NCBI GenBank assembly: GCA_965204735.1
Contig: OZ242008.1
Coordinates: 864,001-928,000, forward strand
Direction: 5' to 3'
DNA from: Longimicrobiales bacterium
GTDB taxonomy: Bacteria > Gemmatimonadota > Gemmatimonadetes > Longimicrobiales > Gaopeijiaceae
Length of the DNA: 64,000 bases
Of this stretch, positions 1 to 10,389 are shown one piece after another. Under the pieces are notes generated by a model that saw only the letters and a list, made by a program, of their open reading frames with translations, was not told the DNA's origin and made no database searches. The position numbers and the translations under genes are program-made. Numbering within the stretch: the stretch's first letter is position 1; each line of letters starts with the position of its first letter.

Positions 1-536
1 GAGCACGCCATCGCCCTGTGAAGGGCCGCCGGCGCGGTGGCGGCGCCGCAGACGCCGCAATGCCGGGACGTCCGGCGCCAGCGGGCCAGGTGGGCGGCGG
101 TCAGAGCCAAGGAAAGGTCGGGCTCGACAAGGGCTCCCAGGGCGGCCCGCACTCCGACGGCGGTGGTCCCCGCGGGCGGTTTCCAGCCGGAGGCGACCAC
201 GCCGGCCACCGCTTCCGGCTCCGACGGCCGCTCCGCCCCGGCGCGCCTTCGCGACCCCCGACGCTGCACGGGGAACCAGTCGAAGCCGCAGGCGGGCTCG
301 CGGGCGGCGGGACCGTCGCCGTCGCGGCCGGCGTCTTCGCCCGCGGGCCGCGCGCCGACCCACTCGTCGGCTTCCGCGACCGAGGGCAGCGACGAGGCCC
401 CCTCGCCAAGGACGAGGCGGTCGCCCACGAACAGGCACGCCTTGGCTGTGGGCCGTGCGGCCGAAGCGGGGCTCGGCGCCCGGGCCCGAGACCCCACGGC
501 GCCCGGCGCCGCGGCTGGACGGGACGATCTGGACAT
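1..536 (-). CDS. nudC: NAD(+) diphosphatase NudC-like, N-terminal part (runs off left edge)
   Basis: Hand translation from ATG 536 is open to the edge and ends ...TAAHLARWRRTSRHCGVCGAATAPAALHRAMAC, the NudC W-x-CxxCG zinc-ribbon region. Not in the ORF track because its stop is outside the window. Confidence 0.7.
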   Translation of the reverse strand, partial: MSRSSRPAAAPGAVGSRARAPSPASAARPTAKACLFVGDRLVLGEGASSLPSVAEADEWVGARPAGEDAGRDGDGPAAREPACGFDWFPVQRRGSRRRAGAERPSEPEAVAGVVASGWKPPAGTTAVGVRAALGALVEPDLSLALTAAHLARWRRTSRHCGVCGAATAPAALHRAMAC

Positions 537-656
537 CGCCACCAAGATACTCGCCGTGGCGCCCGTCCGGCCTTGGTCCTGGTCCGTCCGTCGGCTTATT
601 CTCAACGACGCCGACGCCGCGAGGCGCCGCTCGTCCCGCAAGGTTCATTCGCTTAC

Positions 657-2351
657 GTGCCTTCCGACACAGGCCACGCCCCCGCCAGCCGCGCCGCCCG
701 CAACGCCGGCACCGGCGCCGGCGAGTCCGCCTCTGCGGGCTTCCGGGGCCGAGACCCCTTGTGGGCCAAGGTCGTCGACCAGAGCCGCTGCATCGGCTGC
801 CACGCCTGCACCACCGCGTGCAAGTCGGAGAACGAGGTGCCGCTCTCGGTCACCCGGACCTACGTGAAGTACGTGGACTCGGGGATCTTCCCGGAGGCGC
901 GCCGCTCCTTTCAGGTGACCCGCTGCAACCAGTGCGACGAGCCGCCGTGCGTGGAGGCGTGCCCCACCGCGGCCATGTTCCGGCGGCCCGACGGCATCGT
1001 GGACTTCGACAAGAGCGCGTGCATCGGATGCAAGGCGTGCATCGCGGCGTGCCCGTACGACGCGATCTTCATCAACCCGGCCGACCACTCCGCCGAGAAG
1101 TGCAACTTCTGCGCCCACCGGCTGGAGATCGGCCTGGAGCCCGCGTGCGTGGTGGTGTGTCCCACGGAGGCCCTTCTGGTGGGCGACTTGAACGACGCGG
1201 CTTCCGAGGTCGCCAAGATCGTTCACCGGGAGCCGACGACGGTGCGCCGCCCGGAGAAGCGGACCAAGCCGAAGCTCTTCTACAAGGCCGCGGACCACGC
1301 CGCGCTGGACCCCCTCGCAGCGCAGCGCCCCAGCGGCGGGCTGTTCATGTGGAGCGAGCAGGGAAGCGGGACCGGGGCGCTCGGGTCCGGGTCCGGGTCG
1401 GGCGGCGCAAGGTCCGGGTCGGGCGCCCCCGGGACGGCCTCGGGCGGCGTCGCTGCCGGCTCCGACCGCGGCCGCCGAGCCGCTCCGTGGAGCTCTTCCG
1501 CTGCCGCCGTCGTCAGCTACGACGTCCCCCGCAAGGCGCCGTGGGACTTTCGCGTCTCCCTGTACACGTGGACCAAGTCGATCGCGGCGGGCGCCTACCT
1601 CGTCCCCCTCCTCCTGGTCGCCGTGGGCGCGCTGGACGCAGGAGACTCCCTCTGGCGCACCGCCGCCCCGGTCCTGGCGGCCGTCTTCCTGGCCGTCACT
1701 GGCGGCCTCCTGATCTGGGACCTGGAGCACCCGAAGCGCTTCTTCCTGATCTTCACGCGCCCGCAGTGGCGCAGCTGGCTGGTGCGGGGCGGCTTCCTCG
1801 TCGGCGCCTACGGGGCGTTCCTCGCGGCCCACGTGGTCCTGGCCGGCGGCTCGGCGCCGCCCCCGTCGTGGCTCGCCCTGCTCGGCGGGCCCCTGGCCGT
1901 TCTGGCCGCGGTCTACACCGCCTTCCTCTTCGGCCAGGCCAAGGGGCGGGACATGTGGCAGAACCCTCTCCTTCCCGTCCACTTCCTCGTCCAGGCCCTG
2001 CTGGCAGGGGCCGGCGCGACCTTCCTCCTGGCCAAGGCGGCGGCGCCGACACATCCCACCGATGCGGCGCTCGCGCTTCTGGCGACGGCCAGCGCGGCCC
2101 ATCTCCTCATGATCGCCGGCGAGGTCCTCATGCCCGCCCCCACCGCCCACGCCAGGGCGGCGGAGCGGGAGATGGTCCACGGGCGCTGGCGGTCCTGGTT
2201 CCTGCTGGGCGTTCTGGGCGCAATGGCGGGAGTCGCGGCGCCCTGGCTCCCCGCGTGGCTCGAGTGGCCGGCGGTCCTCTTCGCAATGGCGGGCCTGCTG
2301 GCCTACGAGCACGCCTACGTCCAGGCCGGCCAGTCGGTCCCCCTGGCATGA
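657..2351 (+). CDS. 4Fe-4S dicluster (NrfC/DmsB-like) fused to NrfD/PsrC-like membrane anchor
   Basis: CIGCHACTTAC, CNQCDEPPCVEACP, CIGCKACIAACPY and KCNFC motifs, then a hydrophobic half with LLIWDLEHPKRF. Start estimated at GTG 657. Confidence 0.9.
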   Translation: MPSDTGHAPASRAARNAGTGAGESASAGFRGRDPLWAKVVDQSRCIGCHACTTACKSENEVPLSVTRTYVKYVDSGIFPEARRSFQVTRCNQCDEPPCVEACPTAAMFRRPDGIVDFDKSACIGCKACIAACPYDAIFINPADHSAEKCNFCAHRLEIGLEPACVVVCPTEALLVGDLNDAASEVAKIVHREPTTVRRPEKRTKPKLFYKAADHAALDPLAAQRPSGGLFMWSEQGSGTGALGSGSGSGGARSGSGAPGTASGGVAAGSDRGRRAAPWSSSAAAVVSYDVPRKAPWDFRVSLYTWTKSIAAGAYLVPLLLVAVGALDAGDSLWRTAAPVLAAVFLAVTGGLLIWDLEHPKRFFLIFTRPQWRSWLVRGGFLVGAYGAFLAAHVVLAGGSAPPPSWLALLGGPLAVLAAVYTAFLFGQAKGRDMWQNPLLPVHFLVQALLAGAGATFLLAKAAAPTHPTDAALALLATASAAHLLMIAGEVLMPAPTAHARAAEREMVHGRWRSWFLLGVLGAMAGVAAPWLPAWLEWPAVLFAMAGLLAYEHAYVQAGQSVPLA

Positions 2352-2433
2352 CCCCGGCCCCGATCCCGCCGGCCATGACCGGCCCCCTCGTCGCCGGCCC
2401 GGCCTCGACCCGCCCGCCCGCGACTCGCCGCCC

Positions 2434-5400
2434 GTGAAGCTCCAGGAGCTCGAAGCCCGCGTATCGGCCGCGAAGGCCGAGGCCGAGGCCAGGGGCGAGA
2501 CGTTCTATCCCGGCGCCAGCCGCGTGCACTTGGCCGCGTATCCCCCCAAGGAGCGCTGGGCCGACTGGGTCGAGCTGGACTCGAAGGCGTGGCCGGAACG
2601 GGTCGAGCGCCGCTGCATGCTGGTGCCCACGACGTGCTTCAACTGCGAGTCGGCGTGCGGGCTGCTGGCCTACGTGGACCGCGAGACCCTCGAGGTGCGC
2701 AAGTTCGAGGGCAACCCCGAGCACCCGGGCTCCCGGGGGCGCAACTGCGCCAAGGGGCCGGCCACGGTCACCCAGCTCGTGGACCCGGACCGGATCCTTC
2801 ATCCGCTCAAGCGCGTGGGCGGGCGGGGGGAAGGGAAGTGGGAACGGGTCGGCTGGGACGAGGCGCTGGACGACATCGGGTCGCGCATCCGGGCCGCAAT
2901 CGACGAGGACCGGCGCGAGCAGGTCATGTACCACGTCGGTCGACCGGGCGAGGACGGCTTCACCGAGCGGATGCTCGCCGCCTGGGGAGTGGACGGCCAC
3001 AACTCCCACACCAACATCTGCTCCTCGGGGGCGCGCGCCGGCTACCACTTCTGGATGGGAATGGACCGGCCCAGTCCCGACCACGCCAACGCCCAGGTCG
3101 TCCTTCTCGTCAGCAGCCACCTGGAGGCGGGCCACTACTTCAACCCCCACGCGCAGCGGGTCATGGAGGGGAAGGCGAAGGGCGCGAAGCTGATCGTCTT
3201 CGACACGCGCCTCTCCAACACCGCCACCCACGCCGACCACTGGCTCTCCACCTACCCCGGCTCCGAGGCCGCCGTCCTCCTGGCGGTCGCCGCCCACCTG
3301 ATCCGCACCGGCAGCTACGACGCCTCCTTCGTCGAGCGCTGGTGGAACTGGCGGGAGTACCTGGAGGCGAACCATCCCGACGAGCCCGCCGACTTCGAGA
3401 CCTTCCAACGGGTCCTCCAGGAGCTCTACGCGGGCTACACCTTCGAGTTCGCGGCGGCGGAGAGCGGCGTTCCCGAGGCGACGGTGCGGGCGGTGGCGGA
3501 GACGGTCGCCCAGGCCGGGAGCCGGCTGTCCACCCACAACTGGCGGAGCGCCGCGGCGGGCAACTTGGGGGGATGGCAGGTCGCCCGCTGCCTCTTCCTG
3601 CTGAACGCGCTGGCGGGTGCCGTCGCCGTCCCCGGCGGCACGTACCCGAACTCGTGGAACAAGTACGTTCCCCGGCCCATCCGCGCGCCGTCTCGACACC
3701 CGAAGGGGTGGAACGACCTGACTTGGCCCGGAGACTATCCCCTGAGCCTCATGGAGATGTCGTTCCTGCTGCCGCACCTGACGGCGGAGCGAGACGGGCG
3801 CTTGGACGTGTACTTCACGCGGGTGTACAACCCGGTCTGGACCAACCCCGACGGCTTCTCCTGGATCGAGATGCTGACCGACCCGGAGCGGATCGGCCTT
3901 CACGTCGCCCTGACGCCGACTTGGAACGAGACCGCCTTCTTCGCCGACTACGTGCTGCCCATGGGACACTCGGCGGAACGTCACGACCTGACGTCGTACG
4001 AGCAGTACGACGGCCGGTGGATCGGCTTCCGCCAGCCCGTGCTGCGGACGGCCCGGGAGCGGCTGGGAGAGGACGTGGAGGACACGCGCGCGGCCAACCC
4101 CGGCGAGGTGTGGGAGGAGAACGAGTTCTGGATCGAGCTCACATGGCGGATCGACCCCGACGGCTCGCGGGGCATTCGCGAGTTCTTCGAGTCCCGCAGG
4201 CGGCCTGGGGAGAAGATGACCGTGGACGAGTACTACGGCTGGATCTTCGAGAACTCGGTGCCGGGCCTGCCGCGAAGGGCGGCGCGGGAAGGACTGACGC
4301 CGCTGGAGTACATGCGGCGCTACGGGGCGTTCGAGATCGACCGCAAGGTGGGTCCGCTCCACGAAGCGCCGGTGCCCGAGGCGGAACTCCGCGACCTGCA
4401 CGTGGACCGGGCCGGGCGCGCCTTCTCGCGGACGCCGGCGCCGCCGTCCGACAACGTGGTGCCTCTGCCTCCCCTCGACGGCGACGGCCAGGGACGGCGG
4501 AGGGTCGGCGTGTCCGTGGACGGAAAGGTGCGGCGAGGCTTCCCCACGCCCTCGGGGCGGCTGGAGTTCTGGTCGCCCACGCTGGCGGCCTGGGGGTGGC
4601 CGGAGATGGCGGTTCCGACCTACGCCCGAAGCCACGTCCATCCGCAGAACATGGACCGGGACCAGATGTGCCTGATCTCGACGTTCCGCCTTCCCGTGCA
4701 GATACATACGCGCAGCGCCAACGCCAAGTGGCTCGCCGAGATCGCCCACACCAACCCCGTGTGGATGCACCCTCGCGACGCGGCCCGGATCGGCGTGGCC
4801 ACGGGAGAGTTGGTGCGCGTCGAGACCCGAATCGGGCGCTTCGTGGCGAAGGCTTGGGTGACGGAAGGCATCCACCCCGGCGTCGCAGCCTGCTCTCATC
4901 ACATGGGTCGATGGAAGCTCGAGGACGGGTGGACGGCCGACGGAGCCTCGGGCGGGCGGCGAGCCGAGGACCGGACCGGCGGCGGGCGAGCCGACGGAGC
5001 TGAAGCCGGCGACGGGCAGGCCGCCGGTGCGCCCGCAGGCGCCCAGGGGTCCCGCCAAGCCGTGGCGTCGGTCGAGATGGGTCGGGAGGGAGACGCTTGG
5101 GAGATGCGTCGCAAGAACGGCGCCGGGCCGTTCGCCTCCAGCGACCCCGACACGGCGCGGATATGGTGGTCGGACGTGGGCGTGCATCAGAACATGACCT
5201 TCCCGGTCCAGCCGGACCCGGTGTCCGGGGCCCACTGCTGGCACCAAGCCGTGCGGATCAAGCGGGCGGCGCCCGGCGACCGCTACGGCGACATCTGGGT
5301 GGACACGGCCAAGTCCCGCCGCGTCTTCCGCCAGTGGCTGGAGCTGGCCCGGCCCGCCCGCGACCACTCCCCCGACGGCACGAGGCGGCCCTACTGGCTG

Positions 5401-5538
5401 CTGCGGCCCGTGCGGCCGGAGCGGGCGGCGTTTCGGCTGCCCGCCGAAGACGCGGCAGCGGACGGTCGGGAGCCCGGCGCGGCTCCGGGGAGCCGGCGCG
5501 GCGCCCCAGAGGGCCGCGGCCCCGGCGCCGGGGGCTGA
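2434..5538 (+). CDS. Molybdopterin oxidoreductase catalytic subunit (DMSO-reductase superfamily)
   Basis: TTCFNCESACG...NCAKG Fe-S motif, DRILHPLKR, WDEALD, ADYVLP and a C-terminal MGD-binding region (VWMHPRDAARIG). No Tat motif seen. Confidence 0.93.
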   Translation: MKLQELEARVSAAKAEAEARGETFYPGASRVHLAAYPPKERWADWVELDSKAWPERVERRCMLVPTTCFNCESACGLLAYVDRETLEVRKFEGNPEHPGSRGRNCAKGPATVTQLVDPDRILHPLKRVGGRGEGKWERVGWDEALDDIGSRIRAAIDEDRREQVMYHVGRPGEDGFTERMLAAWGVDGHNSHTNICSSGARAGYHFWMGMDRPSPDHANAQVVLLVSSHLEAGHYFNPHAQRVMEGKAKGAKLIVFDTRLSNTATHADHWLSTYPGSEAAVLLAVAAHLIRTGSYDASFVERWWNWREYLEANHPDEPADFETFQRVLQELYAGYTFEFAAAESGVPEATVRAVAETVAQAGSRLSTHNWRSAAAGNLGGWQVARCLFLLNALAGAVAVPGGTYPNSWNKYVPRPIRAPSRHPKGWNDLTWPGDYPLSLMEMSFLLPHLTAERDGRLDVYFTRVYNPVWTNPDGFSWIEMLTDPERIGLHVALTPTWNETAFFADYVLPMGHSAERHDLTSYEQYDGRWIGFRQPVLRTARERLGEDVEDTRAANPGEVWEENEFWIELTWRIDPDGSRGIREFFESRRRPGEKMTVDEYYGWIFENSVPGLPRRAAREGLTPLEYMRRYGAFEIDRKVGPLHEAPVPEAELRDLHVDRAGRAFSRTPAPPSDNVVPLPPLDGDGQGRRRVGVSVDGKVRRGFPTPSGRLEFWSPTLAAWGWPEMAVPTYARSHVHPQNMDRDQMCLISTFRLPVQIHTRSANAKWLAEIAHTNPVWMHPRDAARIGVATGELVRVETRIGRFVAKAWVTEGIHPGVAACSHHMGRWKLEDGWTADGASGGRRAEDRTGGGRADGAEAGDGQAAGAPAGAQGSRQAVASVEMGREGDAWEMRRKNGAGPFASSDPDTARIWWSDVGVHQNMTFPVQPDPVSGAHCWHQAVRIKRAAPGDRYGDIWVDTAKSRRVFRQWLELARPARDHSPDGTRRPYWLLRPVRPERAAFRLPAEDAAADGREPGAAPGSRRGAPEGRGPGAGG

Positions 5539-6459
5539 GTGGAGCTGTTGCGCGCCCTCGGCTCCTTGGTCGAGGAGCCGTCGCCGGAGCATCGTGGCGT
5601 CGCGGGCGCCCTCGGCCTTCCCGAGCCGCCGGACCCGGCGGCGCACCAGCGGGTGGTGGCGTCCCAGCGCTGGCCGTACGCGTCGGTCTATCTGGGCAAG
5701 GAGGGGATGATGGGCGGCGAGGCGCGGGACCGGATCGCCGGGTTCCGCCGCGCGCTCGGCGTGGCGCCGGGCCCCGGCCGGCCGGCGGTCGCGACCGGCG
5801 CTCCCGACGATTCGCTGGAAGCGGACCACTTGGCGGCGCTGCTCGACCTGCTGGCCGCGCTGGACGACTGGCGCGAGGCCGAGGACTCGGGCGCCCGACG
5901 CGGGGCGGCTCGGACGGCCCTGCTCTCCGAAGCGAAGGCCACCCTGCTCTGGGAGCATCTGACGCCCTGGCTGCGTCCGTACCTGGCGTCGTTCGACGAG
6001 TGCGGCGTCCCCTTCTACGGGGCGTGGAGCGCGCTTCTGGGCCGCGCGATCGACGCTGTCGAGAGCCGGCTGGCGGACGAAGGGCGGTTTCCGGAGCTCC
6101 TGCCCGCCGCCCTTCGCGACGTCCCCGGCCTTCCCGACCCCCGCCGCGCCGGCGCCGACGCCTTCGTGGCCGGTCTGCTGGCGCCCGCCCGCGCCGGAAT
6201 GGTTCTGGTCCGCGACGACCTGGCTCGCCTCGCCGACGATGCCCGACTGGCCTGTCGCGCCGGAGAGCGCCGATACGCGCTGGCGGGGTTGCTGGCCCAG
6301 GCGCCGGGCGAGACGCTGGCTTGGCTGGCTCGTCGCGCGGAAGAGTGGCGGGAGCGGCTGGCCCGGCGAGGGCCCGCGCGGATCGCCGAATGGTGGTGCG
6401 CCCGCGCCGGAGAGAGCGCCCGCCTCCTGTCGCACCTGGCCCGGGAGGCCGGCCCGTGA
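5539..6459 (+). CDS. TorD/DmsD family maturation chaperone
   Basis: PYASVY, EADHLAALL and EHLTPW motifs; directly follows the Mo enzyme. Confidence 0.85.
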   Translation: MELLRALGSLVEEPSPEHRGVAGALGLPEPPDPAAHQRVVASQRWPYASVYLGKEGMMGGEARDRIAGFRRALGVAPGPGRPAVATGAPDDSLEADHLAALLDLLAALDDWREAEDSGARRGAARTALLSEAKATLLWEHLTPWLRPYLASFDECGVPFYGAWSALLGRAIDAVESRLADEGRFPELLPAALRDVPGLPDPRRAGADAFVAGLLAPARAGMVLVRDDLARLADDARLACRAGERRYALAGLLAQAPGETLAWLARRAEEWRERLARRGPARIAEWWCARAGESARLLSHLAREAGP

Positions 6460-6528
6460 GGCGGCCGCAGGCGCCGCGATGAGCCCCGCCGTCGCCCACA
6501 GGTCCCGCCGGGCCCGGGAGGTCGGCCC

Positions 6529-8130
6529 GTGAGGTGGCCCCTGCCGATGATGCAGCGGGTTCGCCGCCTGGTCGTGGCCTCGTCCGAGCCGGGGCCGGTC
6601 CTAGCGGGCGACGCCTGGCGCCGCCGTCGCGCCTCCCGGAGCGACCTGGTCGCGGGCCTGAGCGTGGCCATGCTGGTGATTCCCCAGAGCATGGCCTACG
6701 CCGAGCTGGCCGGCCTCTCGGGCTTCCACGGCCTCTACGCCTCGGCGCTGCCCCTCGTGGCGGCGGGCGTCTTCGCGTCTTGCCCCTACATCCAGACCGG
6801 CCCCGTCGCCCTGACGGCGCTCCTTGCCCACGGCGCCCTCGCCTCCGTCGCCCCGCCCGGCAGCCCCGCCTACGCAGGCTCGGCTGCGGTCCTGGCCCTC
6901 GTCGTGGGCGCGACCCGCGTCGCCATCGGCTTCGTCCAAGCCGGCAAGATCACCTACCTCATGTCCCAGCCCGTCCTGCGAGGCTTCACGTCGGGCGCCG
7001 CCGTCCTCATCCTCCTCTCCCAGCTTCCCTCCGCGGTGGGTCTCGTCTCCCAATCCGCGAGCGGTCCCGTGGGCAACGCGCTGATCGTCGTCGGCGCCGC
7101 AGGCTCCTGGAACTGGGCGGCCGTCGCCCTCACGGCGGGAACTGCGACGGTCACCCTGGCCGCCCGGCGCATCTACGTGCACCTGCCCGGCGCCCTCATC
7201 GCGGTCCTTGCAGGCATTGCCGTGTCGCTGTGGGCCGGCTATGCGGGACCGGTCGTCGGCGAGGTGCCCGGCACCCTGCCCCTGCCGTCCCTGACGTTGC
7301 CTTGGCGGCATCTTCCCCAGCTGGTCTTCCCCGGAATGGTCATCGCCCTCGTGGGCTTTGCCGAGTCCACCGCCATCGCCCGCGGCTTCGCCAGCCAGGA
7401 CCGGGTGCGGTGGCTTCCCGACCGGGAGTTCCTCGCCCAGGGGGCCGCCAACGTCGTGTCGGGCGTCTTCGGCGGGATGCCCGTGGACGGCTCGTTCTCC
7501 CGCAGCAACCTGAACCACCTGTGCGGCGCGGTCTCCCGCTGGTCCGGAATCGTCACCGGGGCGGCGGTGTTCCTCTTCCTCCCGTTCGCCGGCGTGCTGT
7601 CGCAGCTTCCGAAGGCGGTGCTCGCCGGGATCGTCATCGCGGCCGTTGTTGGGCTTGTGCGCCCCCTGCTGGTAGTGAAGGTGTGGAAGCTGTCCCGCGT
7701 CCAGGCGATCGTGGTGTGGTTCACCCTCGTCATGTGCCTCCTGCTGGCGCCCCGGATCGAGCAGGCCCTCCTCCTGGGCGTCCTCATGTCCCTGGCGATC
7801 CACGTCTGGCGCGAGCGCCGCGCGGGCTTCGCCAGCTGGATGGAAGGGAACGTCCTTCACCTGGAGGCGATGGGCATCCTCTGGTTCGCCTCGGCCCCCC
7901 GGCTGGAGGAAGCGGTCATGGGACGCCTGTCCGAAGCCGGGAGCGTCTCGGCAGTGGTCATCCACCTGGACGGCCTTGGCCGGATCGACCTTACCGGCGC
8001 GCTGGTCCTGAAGCGGGTGGTCGAAGAGATCGGGACGCTGGGCGTTCAGTCGTCCTTGGAAGGGATTCCGCCCCAGTCCCGCGAGATCGTGGAAAACGTC
8101 TTCGGAATGCCGCCGGGAACCTACCTGTAG
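6529..8130 (+). CDS. SulP family anion permease with STAS domain
   Basis: DLVAGLSVAMLVIPQSMAYAELAG, GSFSRS and C-terminal IDLTGA. Confidence 0.92.
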   Translation: MRWPLPMMQRVRRLVVASSEPGPVLAGDAWRRRRASRSDLVAGLSVAMLVIPQSMAYAELAGLSGFHGLYASALPLVAAGVFASCPYIQTGPVALTALLAHGALASVAPPGSPAYAGSAAVLALVVGATRVAIGFVQAGKITYLMSQPVLRGFTSGAAVLILLSQLPSAVGLVSQSASGPVGNALIVVGAAGSWNWAAVALTAGTATVTLAARRIYVHLPGALIAVLAGIAVSLWAGYAGPVVGEVPGTLPLPSLTLPWRHLPQLVFPGMVIALVGFAESTAIARGFASQDRVRWLPDREFLAQGAANVVSGVFGGMPVDGSFSRSNLNHLCGAVSRWSGIVTGAAVFLFLPFAGVLSQLPKAVLAGIVIAAVVGLVRPLLVVKVWKLSRVQAIVVWFTLVMCLLLAPRIEQALLLGVLMSLAIHVWRERRAGFASWMEGNVLHLEAMGILWFASAPRLEEAVMGRLSEAGSVSAVVIHLDGLGRIDLTGALVLKRVVEEIGTLGVQSSLEGIPPQSREIVENVFGMPPGTYL

Positions 8131-8189
8131 GTTGCGAAGAACCCCGCCGGCCCGCCGACCTGCCCGCCCCGGAGCCGCTCGCCCCGGAG

Positions 8190-8918
8190 CTACCCGCCGA
8201 AGCCGAAGCGCACGGATACGTTGAGGATGGGCCAGTACTTCAAGTAGGTCGCCGCCTCGTCGGCGATCCGTCCCTCCTCGGACTCCAGGTTCGCCCGAAA
8301 CTCCGGGGTGTCGACTACGGCAGGGTCCCCTGTCGCCCTCAGGCCCACGTCCGCGTCGCCCAGGAACGCCGCTCCCAGGTCGAGGGCGACGCCGAAGCCG
8401 CCGGGAGCGTTCGCCCCGAAGCCGACCAGCGCGAAGAAGGCCGTCGAACGGGAAACATGCGTTCCCGTGAAGCCGGAGACCACGTCGCCCAGGTAGCGGT
8501 CGTCTCCCAGCCTCACCGTCGCGTCGGGCTCGAGAGCCACTTCCGCCACGACGTCGCCCGGCTTGTAGAGGATGCCGCCGCCCAGCCGCATGAACTGCCC
8601 CAGATGGAAGTCGGCGCCGATCGTGTACCAGTTCCTGGGCAGCTCCAGGTCCGCCTTGACCACCCCGTCGATGTCGTAGAAGCGGGTCGCGTCGAGCTTC
8701 AGCGGCAGGAGCCCATACCCGCCGCGCACTCCGAGCGGGCCGAACCGAACCGACGCCTCGGGACCGATCCCGATCGTGCCGGCGCGCGCGCCCACCGCGA
8801 AGCCGACGGGCTGACCCCACGCCGACGCCGGCCGGAGCGCCGAGCAGCCCGCCGCGACCGCCAAGCAGCCTGCCCAGAGCACGATACCGGCGGCTCCGAT
8901 CCGCGATCTTGCCTTCAT
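8190..8918 (-). CDS. Secreted, probable outer-membrane beta-barrel protein
   Basis: Signal peptide from ATG 8918 (MKARSRIG...), alternating beta-strand pattern, C-terminal VSVRFGFGG. Confidence 0.65.
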   Translation of the reverse strand: MKARSRIGAAGIVLWAGCLAVAAGCSALRPASAWGQPVGFAVGARAGTIGIGPEASVRFGPLGVRGGYGLLPLKLDATRFYDIDGVVKADLELPRNWYTIGADFHLGQFMRLGGGILYKPGDVVAEVALEPDATVRLGDDRYLGDVVSGFTGTHVSRSTAFFALVGFGANAPGGFGVALDLGAAFLGDADVGLRATGDPAVVDTPEFRANLESEEGRIADEAATYLKYWPILNVSVRFGFGG

Positions 8919-9198
8919 TTCGCTCTTCTCCGCTTGGGTTCGCGCCCCATGCTCTCCTGGTTCGCGTACCGTGATCTCCCGGGCCCGCCCGCCGCCCCTG
9001 CCTTGGCAAGATAACGTGGTTGCGGGTGCGCTGTGGCGGCCGTCCCGACCCTCCCCGGGGACACTTCCCCCCAGCTTGACGAGTTCCGCCAAGCCGTCGC
9101 ATGATGACTTGGTGCGTCGCCGTGGCTTCTCGGCGACTGCTTCTCGTGCGGCGCCTCCGCCCCCTTGGCGGGCGACGGCGCCCTCAACAGCCAGCCGG

Positions 9199-10389
9199 GT
9201 GCAGATCGAACAGATCCAGATACGGAACTTCCGAGCGTTTCGCGACGTGACCGTAAAGAACGTTCCTCGCCTTGCGATCTTCGTCGGAGCCAACGGAACG
9301 GGGAAGTCCACCCTGCTCTCCGTCTTCGGCTTCCTGCGGGACGCGATGACGACCAACGTTCGGGTGGCGTTGTCCAAGCTCGGCGGGAGCCGGGGCTTTC
9401 GCGAGGTTCGCAGTCGCGACTCGGACGGTCCGATCACGATTGCGATCAAGTACCGGATCAAGCAGGACGCTCCGCTGGTGACCTACTCCATGTCGATCGG
9501 CGAACGCCGTGGACGTCCTGTCGTGGAGCGCGAGATACTCGCGTATCGGCGCTTCAGTTCCGGGCGTCCATGGCACTTCCTGGACTTCAGCCAAGGAAAG
9601 GGCTACGCGGTCACGAACGAGGCGGAGGACATCGAGAACGTGAGAGAGCTGGATCGCGACGAACAGGAGTTGAAGTCGCCCGATCTTCTTGCCATCAAGG
9701 GCCTGGCTCAGTTCGAGCGCTTCCCGGCTGTGGTAGCGCTGGGCGACTTGATCGAGCGCTGGCACATCTCCGACTTCCACATTGATCGTGCCCGGCGCGA
9801 ACAAGAAGCGGGCTACGCTGAGCACCTCTCCAGAGAGGGCGACAACTTGGCGCTTGTGGTCGAGTACCTTCACGGGAATCACAGCGAGGTGTTCGGGAAG
9901 ATCATGAGGCAGCTGGAGCTGCGGGTGCCCGGCCTTTCCAAGGTCGAAGCCAAGGAGACCGAAGACGGACGCATCCTGCTGAGGTTTCGGGACGGAGCCT
10001 TCAAGTTGCCGTTTCTCGCGAAGTACGTTTCCGACGGAACGATCAAGATGCTGGCGTACTTGACGCTTCTCTACGACCCCGATCCGCATCCGCTGCTTTG
10101 CGTCGAGGAGCCCGAGAATCAGCTGTACCCTACGCTTCTGGAAGAGCTTGCGGAAGAGTTTCGTTCATACGCGCGACGGGGCGGACAAGTGTTCGTCTCG
10201 ACGCATTCGCCCGATTTCTTGAACGCGGCCCGACTCGACGAGGTGTTCTGGCTGACGAAGGCCGACGGCTACACCGGAATCGTCCGCGCCCGGGACGATG
10301 CTCAGGTCGCCGCATACATGAAAGACGGGGACAAGATGGGACGTTTGTGGAAGCAGGGGTTCTTCAACGGAGCCGATCCAGCGTCGTGA
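9199..10389 (+). CDS. AAA_21/ABC-type ATPase, putative defence or abortive-infection component
   Basis: IEQIQIRNFRAF start, GANGTGKS Walker A, SDGT signature, VEEPENQLYP Walker B, STHSP. Confidence 0.88.
   Translation: MQIEQIQIRNFRAFRDVTVKNVPRLAIFVGANGTGKSTLLSVFGFLRDAMTTNVRVALSKLGGSRGFREVRSRDSDGPITIAIKYRIKQDAPLVTYSMSIGERRGRPVVEREILAYRRFSSGRPWHFLDFSQGKGYAVTNEAEDIENVRELDRDEQELKSPDLLAIKGLAQFERFPAVVALGDLIERWHISDFHIDRARREQEAGYAEHLSREGDNLALVVEYLHGNHSEVFGKIMRQLELRVPGLSKVEAKETEDGRILLRFRDGAFKLPFLAKYVSDGTIKMLAYLTLLYDPDPHPLLCVEEPENQLYPTLLEELAEEFRSYARRGGQVFVSTHSPDFLNAARLDEVFWLTKADGYTGIVRARDDAQVAAYMKDGDKMGRLWKQGFFNGADPAS

Noticed and set aside
5536..5541. In-frame TGA between the Mo enzyme and TorD as Sec read-through
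   Set aside because: It lies after a low-complexity tail, not at a Cys-equivalent site; GTG follows immediately as a normal start.
2128..6435. 1435-aa minus-strand ORF, and similar long ORFs such as 26554-30510, 10966-13362 and 48331-51084
   Set aside because: Shadow or alternate frames of well-supported genes in high-GC DNA; low-complexity and motif-free.
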